From: Opitutia bacterium
GTDB lineage: Bacteria > Verrucomicrobiota > Verrucomicrobiia > Opitutales > T3Sed10-336
DNA: 14,623 nt
NCBI GenBank assembly: GCA_050506795.1
Contig: JBJHCF010000016.1
Location: forward strand, 77,304 to 91,926
Direction: 5' to 3'
The translations under genes were made by a program, and so were the position numbers. Shown piece after piece: positions 8,733-14,623 of the stretch. Every line of letters begins with the position of its first letter. Position 1 is the first letter of the stretch. The notes below the pieces were generated by a model. The model was not told where the DNA came from, made no database searches, and worked only from the letters and a program-made list of their open reading frames with translations.

Positions 8733-11700
8733 AACGGCTTCTCGCGATTTCGAGGACTTTTTCCAGGATGGCGTCGATTTCTTCGAAGGTGAGCGCCACA
8801 TCCCGTTCTTCCTTCAACTCGAACAGATAGTCTTCGATGGCGCCCATCATCCGGTTCTGCACGTCGGTGTTGTCGGTCCAGTTGACGATACGGTTTTGCC
8901 GGATGATCTCATCGATCGCCAGACTGGCCTCCGTGCTGACCGGACGCGGGTCGAACTCGTCGTCGCCGTAATCGGCGAAGACTTCCTGCAGGATGCCAAA
9001 AAACGCCTTGGCCACATCGTGCCCGACCAAATCGGGAGGGATGTCGTCGCCGGTCCGATTGCGCACCTTCTCCGCGATTTCGGTGACTTTGCGCAGGTAC
9101 TCCGCGTCGGAGAGCCGCTGTTCGCGAAAGGCGCGGATGGCGTCTTCCAGCATCTCCGAGAACCGGCGGTAAAAGGCCGGGTCCTCCTGCATGCGATCGT
9201 GAATCGTCCGCTTGGTGCGGTGGGCGATGGTGTCGGCCTTGGAGGCGGTGCCTTCCAGCTTTTCGACCTCTTTGGCAAACGCGTCGGCGTCGAAGATGTT
9301 CACGAGATTCGTGATCGTCTCGATCTCCCCGGTCCCCACGTGTTGATCGACCAGCTTCTGAATCCGCGCCTCGTACTCCCGGAAATCGACCACCTCGGCG
9401 TAACGCTTGCGCACCGACGTCCGCAGTTGCATGAAGAACCGGAGATCCTCTTTGTACTTCTCCAGTTTCTTTTCCGGCGTGTTTTCGAGAAACGAGCTTG
9501 CAGACAACGCGATGCCGAGCGTCCGGGAGTAGGCGCTGAGGCGTTCGTAGAACTTCTCCCGCAAGACCTCGTCGGCCAACAGGCGTTCGTAAGCCTCCTC
9601 GTCGCCCTTGTTCCGGACGGTCTTAAAGACCTCCCAGAGATCCGAATGCCTCTGGGGCAGTTTACGGACCTCGGTGGAAACGTCGTTCAGGGCAGTACAC
9701 AGGTCGTCGAGTCCGTCCTGGTCGAACTCCGAAAGCCGGCCGTAGATGTCCAGCGCCTCGTCGAGGTTCTGCAGGACGCCCCGGTAGTCGATGATATAAC
9801 CGAAATCCTTCCCGTCGCACAGCCGGTTCACCCGGGCAATGGCCTGGAGCAGCGTGTGGCCCGTCAATTTTCGAGTGAGGTAGAGAACCGTGTTGCGGGG
9901 CGCGTCGAACCCGGTCAGGAGTTTGTCCACCACGATGATGATCTCCGGCTCCTCGCCGTGTTTGAAACCGCTGATCAATTGACGGTTGTATTCCCTTTCG
10001 CTCCCGTACCGCGCGATCATCTTTCTCCAGAACGCCTTGACCTCGTCCTGCGATTCCTCGTGAACGTCCTCCTCCCCCTCCCGTTCATCCGGACCGGAAA
10101 TCAGCACCTCGCTTTTCACCAAACCGAACTCGTCGAAGAAATGCTTGTAAAGCAGGGCGGTCGCCTTGTCCTGGGCGACGAGCTGGGCCTTGTAGGGGGT
10201 TCCCTGCCAGTTGTCGCGAAAGTGTTCCCCTACGTCCCAAGCGATCCGCATGACCTTCTGCTTGGCCTTGTTCAACTGGTCGGTGGACGCGAACTTCTTC
10301 TTCAGGTCGGCCTTCTGCTCCTTCGAAAGCGTCTCCGTGATGCGCTCGAACCAGGCATCGATCGACTCCGTATCCACCCGCTGGTCCACGTGACGCCCTT
10401 CGTAGAGGAGCGGGACGACGGCCTTGTCCTTGACCGCCTGTTCGATCGTGTAGGTGTCGATCAGGCCGCCGAAGCGTTCGATGGTGTTCTTTTCCTTTTT
10501 CAACACCGGGGTGCCGGTGAAGCCGATAAAGCACGCGTTCGGCAGCGCCTTCTTCATCTTCGCGTGCAACTCGCCGTACTGGCCCCGGTGGCTTTCATCG
10601 ACGAGGACGAAGATGTCCGGATTGTCGTCGCGCACCCCGGTTTTGCCCACCGCCAGCTCGAATTTGTCGATCACCGAAGTGATGATCCGCGCCTTTCCGT
10701 CCTGCAGGAGGGTCGCCAGATGCCGGCCCGTTTTCGCCTGCACCGGGAGCGTGCCGCAGTGATGGAAGGTCTTGTAGATCTGGTCGTCCAGGTCCACCCG
10801 GTCGGTCACCAGGATGATTTTATAATTGTCGATGCCGCCCTCCAGGGCGATCGCCTCGGCCAGCATCACCATGGTCAGACTCTTTCCGCTCCCCTGGGTG
10901 TGCCAGACCACGCCGCCGAGCCGCGTGCCGTCGCTCTGTGTCCGACGGATGCGATCCATGATCCGGGTCACGCAAAAATACTGCTGGTAGCGGGCAATTT
11001 TCTTTTCGCCCGCGTCGAAGAGAATGAACCGGAACGTCAGCTCCAGCAGCCGTTCCGGACGGCACAACGCGTACAACGTCCGGTCCTGCTCCGTAACCTG
11101 CCGTTCCAGCCGTCCGTAGGCCGCCCGCTCCTCCTTCAATATCAGATCGCGGTGAGCGAACAACCGGTCGATCTGCTCCTCGGTGAGCGGCAGGCTGACC
11201 AGTTCCTTGAGGTGGCTTTCACCCTCTTCCGAGAAATCCTCCTTCCAGACCGCCCAAAACTTCGCCGGTGTGCCCACCGTGGCATACTTCGCCGCGTTCT
11301 TGGCAACGGCGAGGAGTATCTGGGCGTAATGGAACAAACGCGGAATCTGGTCCCGCTGCTGGTTGCGAACGTGCTGGCTGACCGCCTGGCCGATCGGATC
11401 CTTCGCGTCCGGACGCTTGCACTCGATCACCGCCAGGGGAATGCCGTTGACAAACAACACCAGGTCCGGACGCCGCGTCTCGTGACTCCCGCTCCGTTCG
11501 ACGACAAACTCCTCCGTAACGTGAAACGCGTTCCTCTCCGGATGCCGCCAGTCGATCGATTGCGGCAGCGCCTTCCCGAGAGTCAACAAATCATAGACCT
11601 TTTCATTGGTCGGAATCAGGCCGTCATCCGCCACGTCCTTCAACGCCTGCACCGCCGCCAAAATGTTTCCCTCGCTGAAAGGATAGGTTCCGCCTTTGTA

Positions 11701-11883
11701 GCGGATGGTGTTGATCGTCCGAAGCCGCTCCGCCAACACCCCCTCCAGCAACACCCCCGCCAATCGACCCCCACGGGCATTGAGAGCCTCCTCCGGACTC
11801 AAGTAAGTGTACCCCAGCTTCTGCAACAGCTCCAACGCCGGAACCTGCGAGATGTTGTCTTCCTTGAACGAGGGAGTCTTCAT
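8725..11883 (-). CDS. hsdR: Type I restriction endonuclease subunit R (1052 aa)
   Basis: Nuclease motif RPDLVLFVNGIPLAVIECK, Walker A HTQGSGKS, DESH box, FTGTP, LLTGFDAP and QAIARVNR. GGAGG lies 6 nt upstream of ATG 11883 (MKTPSFKED). Confidence 0.97.
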   Translation of the reverse strand: MKTPSFKEDNISQVPALELLQKLGYTYLSPEEALNARGGRLAGVLLEGVLAERLRTINTIRYKGGTYPFSEGNILAAVQALKDVADDGLIPTNEKVYDLLTLGKALPQSIDWRHPERNAFHVTEEFVVERSGSHETRRPDLVLFVNGIPLAVIECKRPDAKDPIGQAVSQHVRNQQRDQIPRLFHYAQILLAVAKNAAKYATVGTPAKFWAVWKEDFSEEGESHLKELVSLPLTEEQIDRLFAHRDLILKEERAAYGRLERQVTEQDRTLYALCRPERLLELTFRFILFDAGEKKIARYQQYFCVTRIMDRIRRTQSDGTRLGGVVWHTQGSGKSLTMVMLAEAIALEGGIDNYKIILVTDRVDLDDQIYKTFHHCGTLPVQAKTGRHLATLLQDGKARIITSVIDKFELAVGKTGVRDDNPDIFVLVDESHRGQYGELHAKMKKALPNACFIGFTGTPVLKKEKNTIERFGGLIDTYTIEQAVKDKAVVPLLYEGRHVDQRVDTESIDAWFERITETLSKEQKADLKKKFASTDQLNKAKQKVMRIAWDVGEHFRDNWQGTPYKAQLVAQDKATALLYKHFFDEFGLVKSEVLISGPDEREGEEDVHEESQDEVKAFWRKMIARYGSEREYNRQLISGFKHGEEPEIIIVVDKLLTGFDAPRNTVLYLTRKLTGHTLLQAIARVNRLCDGKDFGYIIDYRGVLQNLDEALDIYGRLSEFDQDGLDDLCTALNDVSTEVRKLPQRHSDLWEVFKTVRNKGDEEAYERLLADEVLREKFYERLSAYSRTLGIALSASSFLENTPEKKLEKYKEDLRFFMQLRTSVRKRYAEVVDFREYEARIQKLVDQHVGTGEIETITNLVNIFDADAFAKEVEKLEGTASKADTIAHRTKRTIHDRMQEDPAFYRRFSEMLEDAIRAFREQRLSDAEYLRKVTEIAEKVRNRTGDDIPPDLVGHDVAKAFFGILQEVFADYGDDEFDPRPVSTEASLAIDEIIRQNRIVNWTDNTDVQNRMMGAIEDYLFELKEERDVALTFEEIDAILEKVLEIARSRYG

Positions 11884-12083
11884 AGCGTGCCTCCATCCCC
11901 CGCCGAACTCACGCCCGAAGTAGCGCACGCATCTTGCGTGCCACTATTCCATACAGACCTCACGCCCGGAGTAGTGCACGCTTCCAGCGTGCGTATGCCT
12001 CCATTCCATACAAGACTCACGCTGGAAGCGTGAACTACTTCTGAAACCATCCTTCTTTCAAGATTCCTCATAACGATCTCCAT
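11880..12083 (-). other. REP-encoded mini-ORF (up to 67 aa) between RAYT stop and hsdR start; translation unproven
   Basis: Begins 5 nt after the RAYT TAG (alternative ATGs at 12071 with upstream GGAG, and at 12050). Reads VVHASSV..TLEACTT..TQDACAT. Its TGA overlaps the hsdR ATG (ATGA). Confidence 0.4.
11884..12038. repeat. REP cluster 3' of RAYT
   Basis: Half REP AGCGTGC (11884-11890), forward REPs 11920-11940 and 11971-11991 (51-bp period), reverse REP 12018-12038. Confidence 0.92.
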
Positions 12084-12088
12084 CACGC

Positions 12089-12832
12089 CTACGGCACAAT
12101 CACGGGAAGGCCCGCCTTTTTCGGGTTGTCGAGAATATATCGCGACAGGTGAAACAGCTCGCCGGGCGAACGGACGAGGTGATCGTACGATTCCCGTTGC
12201 CAAAGCTCGCCGGAACGTCCTTCGCGTTTGTTGATTTCATTGGAAGTGTAGGACTTCCAGGAGTGCAAAATGGCTTTGGGCTTGTACGGTTCAATCGCCT
12301 GGAAAATCACGTGCACGTGATTCGGCATGACCACCCATTCGCCGAGATGATACCGTTTTCCCGAAAAGAACCCGAGCGCATCCGCCACGACCCTCCCGTT
12401 TTCAGGCTCCCCGATAAGACACGATCCCATGCCGGCATCGAGCCACTCATGAAGGCGGTCGGGAAAACGTTCGGCATACTCCGCCCATTGCTCGTCGGTA
12501 CGCGGTTCCGGATTTCGCTTCAACCACTCCTCCCGCTCCGCCATCCATACCCGCAACTTCTCCCGCGGAATCGAATCCCCGAGCCGAAACGTAACGAAGT
12601 AAGTCGCCCCATCCTGATACCAGTGAGGAAGACGACGCCTCGAAACATCGATAGGAGCTCGCGGATCAAAAAAAGTAGTGCACGCTTCCAGCGTGCGACC
12701 CCTCCCCCCAGAACTCGCGCCCGAAGTAGCGCACGCATCCTGCGTGCGTACACTCCCTACGGAACTCACGCTGGAAGCGTGAGCTACTTTATCGCCCACC
12801 GGCCGATCCGCAGTTTTCGAACGAGCCATCAT
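12089..12832 (-). CDS. REP-associated tyrosine transposase (RAYT/TnpA-REP, Y1 HUH superfamily), 247 aa with a REP-derived N-terminal extension
   Basis: RRRLPHW, YFVTFRL, HUH motif VVMPNHVH, SWKSYTS, LWQRESYDHLVR and catalytic-Tyr helix YILDNP. Flanked on both sides by GTAG REPs. ATG 12832 overlaps the dprA-like TGA (ATGA). Confidence 0.93.
   Translation of the reverse strand: MMARSKTADRPVGDKVAHASSVSSVGSVRTQDACATSGASSGGRGRTLEACTTFFDPRAPIDVSRRRLPHWYQDGATYFVTFRLGDSIPREKLRVWMAEREEWLKRNPEPRTDEQWAEYAERFPDRLHEWLDAGMGSCLIGEPENGRVVADALGFFSGKRYHLGEWVVMPNHVHVIFQAIEPYKPKAILHSWKSYTSNEINKREGRSGELWQRESYDHLVRSPGELFHLSRYILDNPKKAGLPVIVP
12675..12787. repeat. REP cluster inside the 5' end of the RAYT ORF
   Basis: Forward REPs 12675-12695 and 12726-12746 (51-bp period), reverse REP 12767-12787. 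Translates as VAHASSV..TQDACAT..TLEACTT. Confidence 0.92.
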
Positions 12833-14259
12833 TTTCGCGCCACGTACTTTTGAGGTTTCCTCGTTTTCTCGACCAATCCGTCCTCGCAAAGCCGATCGAG
12901 CCAACGCTTGAGCACAATGCCTGAAACCCCGGATTCTTCCGATAGCTCCTTCAACGAACGGGGAACAGACAACGCCTTCAACAACACAAGCCCAACAGCC
13001 CGGAAAATGGCATCCTCCAACCCAACCGAACCGGCGTCGACTTTCTCCGCCGCCGTCTTCCCAGCACCCGACGTGTCAACCTCGGGAATTCCTTCGGACG
13101 GCTCCAGAGTGGCCTCCGTCACCCGCATATCCGTAAACAAGCTCACCTGATACGGTACGGGCTCGCTCATCCGTTGAGTTTCGGCCTCCGCTTCGAGACA
13201 ATCCTTCAGCTTCTCGGATGAAAGATCCGCCGGCCAAACGCGCGCTCCCACTTCGATCAACTTCCGATTCCCCTCCGGCATGGGATCCTCCCCCCGCACG
13301 TACACGGGACAAAAACGCAACCGGCGCAATTGCTCATCCGCCCCGGCCCACGTACCGCCCTTCTTATGTTCGACACACATGACCAATCCCGCCTGAGCCA
13401 AAGCGTAGATGTATTTGTTTCGCTGCATCGCGTTCCCCACGTTAAAGCCCGCCGCCGGATCGAACGGAGACAGCAGGAGGAGCTTTCGGTCTCGAATCGC
13501 CTCCCGGCTCCAGGCCGCCACCGCCGCCCGCGCCAGACTGTCAGCCAACACCCCGACCGCCGCTCCCCCGGCTTCAAGTGCCCCTTCCATCGCGGCGCTG
13601 TCAATCCCGCGCGCTCCACCCGAAACAATCGTTACGCCGGCCTCCGCCGCCATTCGCCCGACCTCACGGGTCGCCTCGAGTAGCGCATCGCTCGCTTTTC
13701 GCGAACCGACCACCGCGAGACCTCCGTTTTCGGCAATCGAAGGTTCACCGCATCCGTACAGGATGGGCGGGGCGTTTTCTCTCAGCTTGGACTTGATCCC
13801 CTTCGGGTAGGCGGGATCCGCCCGGCTGACCACCCATATCGAACGCGACTGCCACGCGTTTACGGCCTGACTCAACTGGAAACCTCGGGAAAGGAGCGTT
13901 TCCAGGCGCTTCGGATCAAAATGACTTTTCCACCGTTGCAGCAAATCCGACGCGGAGTCCCCCAGAAAGTCCGCCGGCCCCAATCCCGCGTCCCGCAGCA
14001 GCCGCGCAAGCTGGTTATACTCCTTCGGTTTCAATAAAGCGGCCTCTGATCGGTCGCCCTTCTTTACAATCAGAGGCGCCGTCAGGAGAAGAATTGCTTT
14101 TGCGTTGTCGGACAGTATCAAAGTAGAACACGCATCCTGCGTGTGTCTATTTCGACAACTCACGCTGGAAGCGTGAGCTACATTAAACGGAAGTCTCGAC
14201 CGCATACTGCGGCACGCATCCTCCGCTCGGAAAGCCAAACCATTTCCAACATCTTCCAT
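12829..14259 (-). CDS. dprA: DprA/Smf-like (SLOG fold) DNA-binding protein with C-terminal winged helix; non-canonical, probably defence-associated clade
   Basis: SRADPAYP..APPILYGCG, LAVVGSR, VSGGARGID, AMQRNKYIYALA and GGTW. C-terminal SLKELSEESGVSGIVLKRWLDRLCEDGLVEK. ATG 14259 overlaps the upstream TAA (TAATG). An alternative TTG start at 14121 lies directly after the REPIN. Confidence 0.88.
   Translation of the reverse strand: MEDVGNGLAFRAEDACRSMRSRLPFNVAHASSVSCRNRHTQDACSTLILSDNAKAILLLTAPLIVKKGDRSEAALLKPKEYNQLARLLRDAGLGPADFLGDSASDLLQRWKSHFDPKRLETLLSRGFQLSQAVNAWQSRSIWVVSRADPAYPKGIKSKLRENAPPILYGCGEPSIAENGGLAVVGSRKASDALLEATREVGRMAAEAGVTIVSGGARGIDSAAMEGALEAGGAAVGVLADSLARAAVAAWSREAIRDRKLLLLSPFDPAAGFNVGNAMQRNKYIYALAQAGLVMCVEHKKGGTWAGADEQLRRLRFCPVYVRGEDPMPEGNRKLIEVGARVWPADLSSEKLKDCLEAEAETQRMSEPVPYQVSLFTDMRVTEATLEPSEGIPEVDTSGAGKTAAEKVDAGSVGLEDAIFRAVGLVLLKALSVPRSLKELSEESGVSGIVLKRWLDRLCEDGLVEKTRKPQKYVARK
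14123..14181. repeat. REPIN inside the 5' end of the dprA-like ORF
   Basis: GTAGAACACGCATCCTGCGTG (14123-14143), 17 bp, CACGCTGGAAGCGTGAGCTAC (14161-14181). A degenerate fragment GCACGCATCCT lies at 14212-14222. Confidence 0.9.
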
Positions 14260-14496
14260 TACACCTGATCCTCCGCCCCTATACTGAGATCCACCAAGAA
14301 AACGTGGACGGTTATATTTCGCCCCTCATCGGCGTCCGATCGGATCGTTGCCCGCCATTCGTGAGAATGCCCGGACTTTTCCCACCGAACAAAACCGGGA
14401 TGAGCCTCAATAAAGCCAGCCAAATCGCCCTGTAGCTTAGAAAACTTCTTGTTCGCCTTATTCCAGAAAATGAGCGCTGCACGAGTATCCCGCCAC
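14259..14496 (-). pseudogene. 3' fragment of a conserved hypothetical (possibly restriction-endonuclease-fold) gene, apparently interrupted
   Basis: WRDTRAALIFWNKANKKFS..HPGF..EWRATIRSDADEGRNITVHVFLVDL resembles, from memory, the C-terminus of a family with ECKFW..IDQLLxYLxWRDTKAA. The resemblance stops abruptly just upstream of WRDT. Confidence 0.5.
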
Positions 14497-14623
14497 CACT
14501 GCTGTCCAGTTAAGTTCAGTTTCAAAACTCGTAAGTGATTGATATTATGCCTAATGCGATTGGAGAAGCATGTGACGCATCTGAAACTCGCATTCCCGGA
14601 ATGGGTCATGATTGCACACCCGG
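14497..14623. mobile_element. Probable terminal end of an insertion sequence (IS4-family-like), continuing beyond the window
   Basis: Begins CACTGCTGTCCAGTTAAGTT, resembling IS4-family (DUF4372-type) terminal IRs as I recall them. It is followed by AT-rich GTAAGTGATTGATATT and coincides with the point where the protein resemblance ends. The second IR, target duplication and transposase are not visible. Confidence 0.45.

Noticed and set aside
11884..11928. Longer hsdR start at 11928 as in the ORF track
   Set aside because: That ATG lies inside a REP hairpin. ATG 11883 has a well-spaced GGAGG and gives a typical N-terminus.
8896..12033. 1045-aa plus-strand ORF
   Set aside because: Antisense shadow of hsdR caused by high-GC codon bias. 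It has no recognisable motifs, while the opposite strand has all HsdR motifs.
11884..12787. CRISPR-like array (21-bp palindromic repeat + 30-bp spacer, 51-bp period)
   Set aside because: Only 2-3 units per cluster, mixed orientations, spacers related to each other, and no cas genes. The GTAG hairpin plus adjacent RAYT identifies them as REPs.
12089..12832. IS200/IS605 element with TnpB/IscB and guide RNA
   Set aside because: No RuvC-type ORF is adjacent. RAYT-type motifs (RRRLPHW, WQRESYDH) and multiple REPs fit a RAYT better.
12829..14259. Natural competence locus
   Set aside because: No comM, comF or other competence genes are nearby, and the context is a restriction operon.

Overview
High-GC bacterial DNA, probably Verrucomicrobiota (inferred from the Opitutae-style PEP-CTERM tail). 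The left half is surface and housekeeping genes. It holds the 5' ~4.06 kb of a very large secreted Ig/MBG/YDG-repeat adhesin that runs off the left edge (so it is absent from the ORF track), a PEP-CTERM protein, an AAC(6')-like GNAT, a DUF4336 protein and a hemolysin-III/PAQR protein. The right half (7.7-14.6 kb) is a minus-strand defence-type operon: [gene fragment probably cut by an IS] - DprA-like - RAYT (HUH/Y1 transposase) - type I restriction hsdR - M48/YgjP peptidase. No hsdM or hsdS is in the window. The most striking feature is a 21-bp GTAG-type REP hairpin (11 intact and about 4 degenerate copies) clustered at every gene junction of this operon, with covarying stem pairs. Nearly all spacings and the one internal insertion preserve reading frame. 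Each internal cluster lies in an open frame that is start/stop-coupled to a neighbouring gene, either as an N-terminal extension (DprA, RAYT) or as a REP-encoded bridging mini-ORF (before hsdR and before the M48 gene).
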